This document shows, in pieces, positions 1 through 8,131 of a DNA stretch of 50,123 nucleotides. The position numbers and the translations under genes are program-made. The notes under the pieces are model-generated. The model ran no database searches and was not told the origin of the DNA. It worked only from the letters and a program-made list of their open reading frames with translations. Numbering within the stretch: position 1 is the first letter of the stretch; each line of letters opens with the position of its first letter. This DNA is from an uncultured Rhizobiaceae bacterium (GTDB taxonomy: Bacteria > Pseudomonadota > Alphaproteobacteria > Rickettsiales > UBA1997), in assembly GCA_964484785.1 (NCBI GenBank), contig CAZAFD010000002.1, positions 1 through 50,123 on the forward strand, read 5' to 3'.

Positions 1-54
1 GGCGATATTATACGTGTTGAATACTACGACACGCCAACCGGAGCGTATATCGGC

Positions 55-127
<73 letters not shown>

Positions 128-154
128 ATAAAAAATTCACGGAAGTATAATAAA

Positions 155-187
155 ATATATTCTTCTATTTTCAATAGAAGAATATAT
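155..187 (-). terminator. Intrinsic-terminator-like hairpin downstream of ddh
   Basis: Perfect 15-bp inverted repeat atatattcttctatt / aatagaagaatatat with a 3-nt loop. On the minus strand it is followed by the T-rich tract tttatta. It lies between the ddh stop (216) and the tRNA. Confidence 0.55.
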
Positions 188-215
188 GGGACAGAAAATC
201 TATTTGCGGTTTCTC

Positions 216-1112
216 TTATACTAACTCTCTTATTAAATCTTCCTCATTACCTGGTAACATTTTAATAATAGGTACCTCTATAGTTGTATAAGCTCCTGGT
301 TCCATCTTCATGGTAGCCCTTGCACAAGCAAGCATAATTTGAGAAGTCAAGGCAGGATTGTTAATTCTCATATTAAAGTCTAATAATTGGTTATGCGACT
401 TACCTGACACTCCCTTTCTACACATATGAACACCATGACCCATATCTATTATGGTTCTAATATCATCAACTTTAAAAAATCTTGTATCATCATGTGCAAA
501 ATAGTCATCGGCCTTAATTTCTTTACAAGCTAAATCGAAATCAGCGCCACTCTCCATTTCCAAATATACTAATCTTCTATGAATTCCATCGCCTAAAGGC
601 ATGGTCATAGATAGAGCATCTTTTACACCAGTTTTTGACTTGGCTACAACACTATGTCCCATACTCATACCTGGACCAAAGTTTGTATATGTAATACCAA
701 AAGGAACTATAGCCTTAAATAAACTTCTAACCATAGAATCTGAACCTGGATCCCAACCCGCAGAAATTATAGCAGTTGCATTATTCTTTTTAGCTATAAC
801 ATCCAATTGTTTCTTCAAATGATAAATCTGACCATGTATATCGAAGCTATCTACTGTATTAATACCCCTAGCTAATACACTGCTAGCCATTTCCGGCACA
901 CTTCTGGTTGGCCCACATAACAAAGCTACATCTACACCCTTAAGTTGGTCTATGTTGTTTACTACTGGATACTTTTTTAATTCATCTGGTATTATACCAA
1001 CATTTCTTCTTACGACGCCAACTAGCTCAGCATCATCAGCTGCTTCAACTGCTTGGACAGCGAATTTACCAACATTTCCATATCCAACTACGGCTACTTT
1101 CATTTTTTGCAT
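216..1112 (-). CDS. ddh: meso-diaminopimelate D-dehydrogenase
   Basis: 298 aa. It has the N-terminal Rossmann motif KVAVVGYGNVGK, then GWDPG, GPGMSMGHS, and a C-terminal ...EDLIRELV. From memory this is colinear with Corynebacterium Ddh (VAIVGYGNLG, GWDPG, GPGLSQGHS, ...LIARDV). An alternative ATG lies at 1103. Confidence 0.75.
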   Translation of the reverse strand: MQKMKVAVVGYGNVGKFAVQAVEAADDAELVGVVRRNVGIIPDELKKYPVVNNIDQLKGVDVALLCGPTRSVPEMASSVLARGINTVDSFDIHGQIYHLKKQLDVIAKKNNATAIISAGWDPGSDSMVRSLFKAIVPFGITYTNFGPGMSMGHSVVAKSKTGVKDALSMTMPLGDGIHRRLVYLEMESGADFDLACKEIKADDYFAHDDTRFFKVDDIRTIIDMGHGVHMCRKGVSGKSHNQLLDFNMRINNPALTSQIMLACARATMKMEPGAYTTIEVPIIKMLPGNEEDLIRELV

Positions 1113-1193
1113 ATTGATTCATTTTTTCAATTTAACTAATGTTAGTCTAGAACGTACTTTTTATAAGTAAACTACATTTTTTAACTAAAATAT

Positions 1194-1922
1194 TTGATGA
1201 AACAAATAAGTAAAATTACGCAGGAGACCTTTATATATTTATATAAAGTCCTCACGGATCTTGGTTTAGATCAAGATAGAATATCCTTTGCTGAATTAAA
1301 AAACATTTTAAATAATGATAAAATGTTCAATTCTGAAGAATTTGCATATGAAGTTTTTTATGTAATATGTGTAGCTGGTTTCAAACAAGATTACGCAAAA
1401 ATCATATGTAATAAAATTATATATTTAGCTCAAAAGAAACCAGATTTAAATCTGGAAGATCTAAAATGTATATATAATCATAGTGGTAAAATTAAGGCAA
1501 TTTTAAAAGTATGGCAAAACAGAGACATGTACCAAAAAAAATTTTATGAGCTACACACTTTAGAAGAAAAGTTGAATTTTCTAGAAACTTTACCATATAT
1601 AGGCCCAATCACTAAGTATCACCTAGCACGGAATCTTGGCTTAAATTTTGTCAAATATGACATATGGATACAAAGGCTAGGAGTAGCTTTGTATGGTGAT
1701 ATTAATTTACTAAATTTAGTAAACAATTCAAAACTTTCGCCTCAAGTAGAAGCCGCTTGCAACCGCATGTTTGCAGATATACATAAAAATACTGGAGAAA
1801 AAATTGGTTTCATTGACGCCATTTTATGGAGGGCTTGTCAAAAGGGTTTAATAAAAATAGATAAACAATATGTCTATCTTGATACCAATTTTAGTATAAA
1901 ATCTAAAGTAACTAAATTATGA
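1194..1922 (+). CDS. Helix-hairpin-helix protein, possibly a divergent HhH-GPD (DNA glycosylase-like) superfamily member
   Basis: 242-aa ORF. The track start is TTG at 1194, with ATG at 1197 the more likely start. It has the HhH-like segment LETLPYIGPITKYHLARNLGL followed by VKYDIWIQRLG (compare EndoIII LPGVGRKTANVVL...VDTHVxRVxxRLG). No Fe-S Cys cluster is present. Its stop overlaps the next gene's start (ATGA). Confidence 0.45.
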   Translation: MMKQISKITQETFIYLYKVLTDLGLDQDRISFAELKNILNNDKMFNSEEFAYEVFYVICVAGFKQDYAKIICNKIIYLAQKKPDLNLEDLKCIYNHSGKIKAILKVWQNRDMYQKKFYELHTLEEKLNFLETLPYIGPITKYHLARNLGLNFVKYDIWIQRLGVALYGDINLLNLVNNSKLSPQVEAACNRMFADIHKNTGEKIGFIDAILWRACQKGLIKIDKQYVYLDTNFSIKSKVTKL

Positions 1923-2539
1923 GAGACTTTTACCAAGTCAAAGCAATTTTTGACAAAATATTTCAAGGTATAAATGGTTACGGACCATCCTTACAGGAGA
2001 GAAACAATTATTTAGATGATCACGTCATTAAAAACGTTATATATGGTGAAACACCTATAGAACTTTTATACGCTCTATTGACTATGGACTGCTTACTTTC
2101 TCATTTGGACAAGGCAAAAAGCTTTTATGATCTTGGATCTGGAATAGGCAATACTGTTATTGGTGCCTATTTAATTAAACATTTTGAAAAATGCGTTGGA
2201 ATTGAGTTACTAGATTCTCTTTTTACTCTATCTCAACATGCCTTACAAAAATTAGAACAATTAGATAATAAGGCAGGCGAAGTTATTCAATTTATACACG
2301 AAAATATACTTAATATTGATATAACTGCAGCAGATATTGTATATTTTCATTGCCCGTCAATTGATGAAACTTATAGGAATTTAATGGAAAAAAAGATGGA
2401 AACAGAGCTAAAAAATGGTGCCATTGTTTTATCTCTAATACATGTATTTCACAACAAGGATAAATTTGAACTTATAACTGATATGATGGTAAAAACAGCC
2501 TGGGGACAGGCACCAATGATGATATATAGAAAGAAATAA
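1919..2539 (+). CDS. Class I SAM-dependent methyltransferase, DOT1-like
   Basis: 206 aa. The segment IYGETPIELLYALL...FYDLGSGIGNTVIGAYL...CVGIEL resembles, from memory, the DOT1L core VYGETSFDLVAQMI...[16 protein letters not shown]...HYGVEK. It overlaps the upstream ORF by 4 nt. Confidence 0.5.
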   Translation: MRDFYQVKAIFDKIFQGINGYGPSLQERNNYLDDHVIKNVIYGETPIELLYALLTMDCLLSHLDKAKSFYDLGSGIGNTVIGAYLIKHFEKCVGIELLDSLFTLSQHALQKLEQLDNKAGEVIQFIHENILNIDITAADIVYFHCPSIDETYRNLMEKKMETELKNGAIVLSLIHVFHNKDKFELITDMMVKTAWGQAPMMIYRKK

Positions 2540-2610
2540 TAAATTTTACTTTTTTTTAGAAAATTACTCTATAATTTATATCCTTAATATGTAATTATAT
2601 TTAATAAAAT

Positions 2611-3885
2611 ATGCTAGACTATATAAAATTGCCGAACGATATGCAAGTAGCCGCTGACTACATGCCTAATGTGGAATCTGTTGCTATAAGAATTAACGTG
2701 CAAACCGGTAGTCGTAACGAAGACGCTATTACTAGTGGTATATCTCATTTCATAGAACATATGGCTTTCAAGGGTACAGAAAAGCGTAATGCTGTGCAAA
2801 TAGCTAATGATTTTGAGAACATTGGAGCTAATTTTAATGCTTATACCAGCCAGGAGCTAACAGTATATTATGGTCAAGTATTAAAAGAAAAAGCTGAGGA
2901 CCTTTTTGAGATTTTAGCAGATATAGTACAAAATCAAACCTTCGATCCAGAAGAAATGGAAAAGGAACGTGGTGTAATTTTGCAAGAAATTTCTATGAGG
3001 AATGATGAACCAGATACCATGGCTTTTGAATACTTTGGTGATACAGCCTTTCCAAAACAATCACACGGTAGACCTGTCATTGGTACAGCAGAAAATGTAA
3101 AAAGGTTTACTAGAAATGATTTATTAAAGTATGTCCAAAAAAATTACATAGCTAAAAATATAACCATAACGGCTTCTGGTAATATAACAAACAAGCAACT
3201 ACTAGAATATGTTAGTAAATATATGACAAAGGTCAGTACTAAAACACAACATAAATATGAAAAAGCACAATATAAGGGCGGGTATTTTGTAAAAGAAAAA
3301 GATATAGAGCAAACTCATATTATTTTGGGTTTTGAAGGAAAATCATATGAGGATAAGGACTTGTATAAATTAAATATTTTACACAGTATTTTAGGCCAAG
3401 GTATGTCGTCACGCTTATTCCAAGAGGTCCGTGAAAAACAAGGTTTATGCTATACTATTTACTCTTTTAATGATCCAACCTATGAAACAGGCACCTTTGC
3501 TATATATACAGCCACAGATCCTACAAAGGTTAAACTGGCGATAGATAGTATTTTTGCCAGTATGAAGAATATGATAGAAAATGGTATTACAGAAGCAGAA
3601 TTGGCTAGAGCAAAAATCAATGCTAAATCATCTATTCTGATGAGGATGGAAAATACATCATATAGAGCATCTATTCTTGCAAGCTATTTAATCTTTAAGA
3701 AAAAACTACCAAATGTTACAGAAATTTCAGAAGAACTTGATAAAACTACAGCTCAAGATGTAATAAATTTATTAAAAACTACCTTAAAAACAAAACCAAC
3801 CACTGTAATTTATGGAAAGACAACAGAAATTTATACAAAAGAAGAAATAAACAAAAAAGTAAAAGAATTACAAAAAGCTCTATAA
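2611..3885 (+). CDS. M16-family zinc metallopeptidase (pitrilysin / processing-peptidase-like)
   Basis: 424 aa. It has the inverted zinc motif HFIEHMAFKGT (HxxEH) near the N-terminus, plus the downstream E of the motif region (GVILQEI). Length and layout are typical of alphaproteobacterial M16 peptidases. Confidence 0.85.
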   Translation: MLDYIKLPNDMQVAADYMPNVESVAIRINVQTGSRNEDAITSGISHFIEHMAFKGTEKRNAVQIANDFENIGANFNAYTSQELTVYYGQVLKEKAEDLFEILADIVQNQTFDPEEMEKERGVILQEISMRNDEPDTMAFEYFGDTAFPKQSHGRPVIGTAENVKRFTRNDLLKYVQKNYIAKNITITASGNITNKQLLEYVSKYMTKVSTKTQHKYEKAQYKGGYFVKEKDIEQTHIILGFEGKSYEDKDLYKLNILHSILGQGMSSRLFQEVREKQGLCYTIYSFNDPTYETGTFAIYTATDPTKVKLAIDSIFASMKNMIENGITEAELARAKINAKSSILMRMENTSYRASILASYLIFKKKLPNVTEISEELDKTTAQDVINLLKTTLKTKPTTVIYGKTTEIYTKEEINKKVKELQKAL

Positions 3886-3891
3886 AAACAG

Positions 3892-3915
3892 GTAGTGTAC
3901 AAACTTGTACACTAC
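3892..3915 (+). terminator. Hairpin immediately after the M16 peptidase gene
   Basis: Inverted repeat gtagtgtacaa-ac-ttgtacactac, starting 7 nt after the stop codon. There is no clear T-tract, so it may be a weak terminator or an RNA-stability element. Confidence 0.4.
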
Positions 3916-4158
3916 ATACAGGAACTTACATATAACTATGTAAATGTATATTTACTATACACGGGTATGTGTGTATAAATAAGAAAATTGCTTGTCAATA
4001 TATTCGAAGGAGTAACTTTATTTTTTAAATATAACTATAAACCCTGGTAACTTGGGCTTTGCATGAAATGATCATACCATTACCATGGTCAAGAATTGTT
4101 TTTTAATTTTAAATGGATTATTTAAGAATCAGAATTAATAACTTTCTATATAGAGTAT

Positions 4159-4854
4159 ATGACTATGACCGGACATGAAATGGATAGCTGCGCTCATCAT
4201 AATAAATGCGAAATCTGTGCTGCTAATCTACAACATATAGCAATAATAATATTATTACTTTTATTATTAATCACTCAGTTGTGCCAGGTATGCCAGCTAA
4301 AACAAATAAAAAATGCTAATTTGCATAGGCATTATCAGCCTATCCCATGCAGGCATGAATTTAACAAAATTAGAAGACCTCAATACGAACCGGAAGAGAA
4401 TTTCTATAAGGATCAGTATTTTTTTGAAGATGATTTTGAAGCAACAAGAAGGCAAATGCACAAAATTGGTAATGAAATACGACACGAAATAGATAGGGTT
4501 GTTGACGATGGAGAAAAAGGTCCATGGAGAGAAAGAGCTTGGCATGACAATAGACCAGATTTTAGACCTAGGCCAATAAAGTATTTAGATCGAGAAAAAC
4601 ATGCTTTTATTATTAAAGTAGTAGTTCCACGAGGCACTAAAGAGTCTGACATTGTTCTGAACTTCAATAAAGATGGAATGCTACAACTTGACTTTAAAAA
4701 AGAGCAGGAAAAAACAACCGATACAGCCAGACACATACATTATCACGCTTTGAGTCATACTTTCGAGATACCTCATACTCACGCTAGTCCCGAACAAATA
4801 AAAAAACAAATACATGATAATGTATTAACACTTACAATACCTATAATTCAATAG
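4159..4854 (+). CDS. Membrane-anchored protein with a C-terminal Hsp20/alpha-crystallin-like domain
   Basis: 231 aa. Its features are an N-terminal Cys/His patch (MDSCAHHNKCEICAAN), the hydrophobic helix IAIIILLLLLLITQLCQVCQL, and a C-terminal ~95 aa (HAFIIKVVVPRGTKESDIVLNFNKDGMLQLDF...HTFEIPHTHASPEQIKKQIHDNVLTLTIPI) that follows the alpha-crystallin-domain pattern. Confidence 0.5.
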   Translation: MTMTGHEMDSCAHHNKCEICAANLQHIAIIILLLLLLITQLCQVCQLKQIKNANLHRHYQPIPCRHEFNKIRRPQYEPEENFYKDQYFFEDDFEATRRQMHKIGNEIRHEIDRVVDDGEKGPWRERAWHDNRPDFRPRPIKYLDREKHAFIIKVVVPRGTKESDIVLNFNKDGMLQLDFKKEQEKTTDTARHIHYHALSHTFEIPHTHASPEQIKKQIHDNVLTLTIPIIQ

Positions 4855-4889
4855 TTATTATTACTAATATTTGCTAGGTTTTAAAAACT

Positions 4890-4923
4890 AAAAAGCACCA
4901 AAAAATGAATTTTGGTGCTTTTT
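4890..4923. terminator. Bidirectional rho-independent terminator between convergent genes
   Basis: aaaaagcaccaaaa-aatgaa-ttttggtgcttttt forms a 14-bp stem whose A/T runs give a U-tract in either orientation. It lies between the 4159-4854 gene (+) and rpmA (-). Confidence 0.75.
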
Positions 4924-4954
4924 AGTTTGTTTATATATATGTATCTTCGAGATT

Positions 4955-5212
4955 TTATAGAGCTACCACGCTAACAAAAACTCTATCTTTTGCTGTTGCC
5001 TTATTAAAAGCTACTACGCCGTCTATTTTAGCATAAATCGTATGATCCTTACCTAGACCTACATTTTCACCTGGATGCCATTTAGTACCTCTTTGTCTAC
5101 ATATAATGTTGCCTGCCAATACCTTTTGGCCAGCATACTTCTTTATACCAAGTCTTCGTCCTGCGGAATCTCGACCGTTCTTGGAGCTACCACCAGCTTT
5201 CTTGTGTGCCAT
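4955..5212 (-). CDS. rpmA: 50S ribosomal protein L27
   Basis: 85 aa, starting [24 protein letters not shown]... Confidence 0.97.
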   Translation of the reverse strand: MAHKKAGGSSKNGRDSAGRRLGIKKYAGQKVLAGNIICRQRGTKWHPGENVGLGKDHTIYAKIDGVVAFNKATAKDRVFVSVVAL

Positions 5213-5233
5213 CTTTAATTTCCTCTACAAAAA

Positions 5234-5548
5234 TTAAGCTTTAATATCTAAAATCTTTAACTCGGTCTTTTCTTGTCTATGACCATTGGTTGTTCTTGAA
5301 TTGTGTCTTCTTCTTTTCTTAAAGACTATAATTTTATCATCCCTATAGTTTTTAACTACCTCTGCTGTAACTTTTACATTATCTAGCAATGGTTGTCCTA
5401 TCAAGGATTCGTCATTATCTTTTTGTAAAAACAATACTTTATCAAGGATAACTTGCTCGCCCTCATTAGCGTCAATCTTTTCAACATCTATAGTATTACC
5501 CACAGAGACTTTGTATTGCTTTCCACCTGTCTCTAAAATTACAAACAT
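5234..5548 (-). CDS. rplU: 50S ribosomal protein L21
   Basis: 104 aa, starting MFVILETGGKQYKV..., directly upstream of rpmA in the canonical rplU-rpmA order. Confidence 0.95.
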   Translation of the reverse strand: MFVILETGGKQYKVSVGNTIDVEKIDANEGEQVILDKVLFLQKDNDESLIGQPLLDNVKVTAEVVKNYRDDKIIVFKKRRRHNSRTTNGHRQEKTELKILDIKA

Positions 5549-5615
5549 GTGCCTTAAAATAAAAATTAATAAATATATAAAAAACTAAGGGAAACAGTCT
5601 TTGTTCCAAACAATA

Positions 5616-5634
5616 CAAAGCGTACTACGCTTTG
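5616..5634 (-). terminator. Short hairpin downstream of infB
   Basis: caaagcg-tacta-cgctttg (7-bp stem), followed on the minus strand by tattgttt. It lies 35 nt after the infB stop. Confidence 0.4.
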
Positions 5635-5668
5635 TCAATAAAAACTTTTCCCATTGGTATTCGCTGTA

Positions 5669-8101
5669 TTATAATTCTCTTTTTTGCTCGACTATTTCGT
5701 AGCATTCGAGAATATCTTTTTCTTTAATATCTAAATAGTTATCTACACAAATACCACATTCATAATTATTTTTAACACTCTTAACATCATCTTTAAATCT
5801 ACGTAGAGTCTTAATTGTACCTGTATAAACTACGATATCATCTCTAATAACTCTAACATTAGCTCCTCTCTGGATTTCGCCAGAGTTAACATAACAACCA
5901 GCAACTAACCCAACATTACTTACCTTAAAGACATTCTTAACTTCAGCTTGTCCTAGTATATTGTCTTTTTTGTCTGGTTCGAGCAAACCGTTTAAGATAT
6001 TTTTAACATCATCTATTATATCATATATAATAGAGTGGTACCTTATTTCTACACACTTATCTTTTGCCATCTCAACAGCCTTGGAACTAGCTCTAACATT
6101 AAACCCTATAACTAGAGCATTAGAAACAGAAGCTAGTGTAATATCAGACTCATTTACAGCACCAGTAGCGCCATGAATTATTTTAACACTTACCTCATCA
6201 TTTCCTAGTTTTAAGAGGCTACTACTAATAGCTTCTATAGACCCTGATACATCTGCCTTAATAATCAAAGACAACTGTTTTCTGTTAGATCCAACTTGAG
6301 TTAACATATTTTCGAGACTCAACTTGTTATTTTTAGCAAGAGTCTTTTCTTTTTCTTTTCTGTCTCTATAGGAGATAATATCTCTGGCTTCCTTCTCTGT
6401 AGCCACAACATTAAAGGTATCTCCTGCCTTTGGAACAGTATTTAAACCAAGTATTTCTACAGGCATTGAGGCAGAGACTTTTTCTTGAACCTTATGTTTG
6501 TCGTCTACCATTTTTTTAATTTTACCGTAACTCGTTCCGGCTACAACAATGTCCCCAATTTTTAGAATACCTTTTTGTACCAAAACACTAGCAACAGCAC
6601 CTCTTTTAAGATCAATTTTAGCCTCTATTATAGCACCTTCAGCTGGACAATCAATTGGAGCCTTTAACTCTAACATTTCTGCCTGTAAGAGTATAGTATC
6701 TAATAATTTATCCAAATTAATATTATCTTTAGCGGATATATTAACACTCATGATATCTCCACCAAAGTCTTCTGTTACCACATCATATTGCAATAACTCT
6801 TGCTTGACTCTATCTGGATTAGCCCCGGGTTTATCAATTTTATTAATAGCAACTATCATAGGCACTTTAGCAGCTTTAGTGTGATTTATAGCTTCAATAG
6901 TTTGATCCTTGATGCCGTCATCAGCTGCTACTACTAAGACCACAATATCCGTAATATTAGCACCTCTAATTCGCATTTCAGTAAAGGCCTCGTGTCCTGG
7001 AGTATCAATAAAGGTAACAAATTTACCTGGACGTACTTCAACTCTGGAAGCACCTATATGTTGTGTAATTCCACCGGATTCATCTTTAACTATATTAGTT
7101 GATCTTAGCGCATCCAACAACGAGGTTTTACCATGGTCCACATGTCCCATAACAGTGACAACTGGATCTCTATCAACAAATTTGGTACCAACTTGTTGTG
7201 AAATAATTTTTTCTACATCAGATTCTGAAACCCTAACCGGATTATGCCCAAATTCCACCACAAGCAGCTCGGCTGTATCTGCATCTATAATTTGATTGGC
7301 AGTAGTCTGCATACCCATAGTAAAAAGTTTCTTGACTAAATCGGCTTTTTTTTCAGACATTCTATCTGCTAAATCCGAAATAGAAATAAAATCAGGTATA
7401 TTTACATCATGATAGATTTTTTCATGCTGATTATCAGCTTTCTTAATTTTTACTTTGTTTTTAGGGGTGCTTCTTCTTTTTATAAATACATCATCCTCAT
7501 CTTCTTCATCCTCTTCGTTAAAGACAAAAGCTCGGATTCCTTTACTATATTTATTGAGCTTGCTATTTAACTTATCATTAAAGTCTTTCTTGCTTCTTTT
7601 TTCGGGAAGTTGTTCTTCAAAGTCATCGGTTTTTTCTTTTTTGAAACCAACTTTAGTTTTTAGGACTTTATTATTACGATTTTTATCAAAGGCTAAGTTG
7701 GTTTGATTTTCATCTGAGAACTTATTTTCTACTGATGGTTTTTTTTCGTCCCTTACTTCTCTTTTTTCTTCTTTTGTTGTCTCTACCTTTTTTTCCCTAT
7801 TAGGGTTTTGGAAACCTCTTGCTGTTGCTTTTTGGTTATGTTGGCAAACTTGATCTTCCTTCTTTGTTTCGGGTTTCTGCGTCTCTGGTTCTATAACATT
7901 GGAGTCATCCTTGACCTTTTTACCCCTATTTAAAAACTTATTCCTTTGTTCCAACATTCTGTTGTTTTTTATCTGCTGCTGACGCAACATCAGTTGCTGA
8001 ATAGATTTATTTGGGGCCTCATCATCAGTCTGTATATTACTTTCTTTACTCTTACGAGCATTAAAATTTAATGTTAATGTACCTCTTTTACTCTCTTGCA
8101 T
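5669..8101 (-). CDS. infB: Translation initiation factor IF-2
   Basis: 810 aa. It has a Lys/Glu-rich low-complexity N-terminal region, then the GTPase core (VTVMGHVDHGKTSLLD, DTPGHEAF, NKIDK) and the C-terminal IF-2 domains. Confidence 0.97.
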   Translation of the reverse strand: MQESKRGTLTLNFNARKSKESNIQTDDEAPNKSIQQLMLRQQQIKNNRMLEQRNKFLNRGKKVKDDSNVIEPETQKPETKKEDQVCQHNQKATARGFQNPNREKKVETTKEEKREVRDEKKPSVENKFSDENQTNLAFDKNRNNKVLKTKVGFKKEKTDDFEEQLPEKRSKKDFNDKLNSKLNKYSKGIRAFVFNEEDEEDEDDVFIKRRSTPKNKVKIKKADNQHEKIYHDVNIPDFISISDLADRMSEKKADLVKKLFTMGMQTTANQIIDADTAELLVVEFGHNPVRVSESDVEKIISQQVGTKFVDRDPVVTVMGHVDHGKTSLLDALRSTNIVKDESGGITQHIGASRVEVRPGKFVTFIDTPGHEAFTEMRIRGANITDIVVLVVAADDGIKDQTIEAINHTKAAKVPMIVAINKIDKPGANPDRVKQELLQYDVVTEDFGGDIMSVNISAKDNINLDKLLDTILLQAEMLELKAPIDCPAEGAIIEAKIDLKRGAVASVLVQKGILKIGDIVVAGTSYGKIKKMVDDKHKVQEKVSASMPVEILGLNTVPKAGDTFNVVATEKEARDIISYRDRKEKEKTLAKNNKLSLENMLTQVGSNRKQLSLIIKADVSGSIEAISSSLLKLGNDEVSVKIIHGATGAVNESDITLASVSNALVIGFNVRASSKAVEMAKDKCVEIRYHSIIYDIIDDVKNILNGLLEPDKKDNILGQAEVKNVFKVSNVGLVAGCYVNSGEIQRGANVRVIRDDIVVYTGTIKTLRRFKDDVKSVKNNYECGICVDNYLDIKEKDILECYEIVEQKREL

Positions 8102-8131
8102 TATCTAAACCAACTTCATTTTTAATAAATC

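Noticed and set aside
1-54. Sequence left of tRNA-Thr(CGU), checked for a second tRNA or a gene end
   Set aside because: I could find no cloverleaf and no convincing ORF. The fragment is too short to interpret.
3926-3943. Small palindrome ttacata-taac-tatgtaa and other GTACAC/TGTA-rich repeats between the M16 peptidase and the Hsp20-like gene
   Set aside because: It is short, AT-rich and occurs once. It could be an operator, but it is indistinguishable from chance in this composition. I also could not fold this 273-bp gap into any known ncRNA (ffs, 6S, RNase P or tmRNA).
5961-7706. Several 71-128-aa plus-strand ORFs inside infB
   Set aside because: They are antisense to a clearly conserved IF-2 frame and have low-complexity Ser/Leu-rich translations, the typical shadow ORFs of a real gene.
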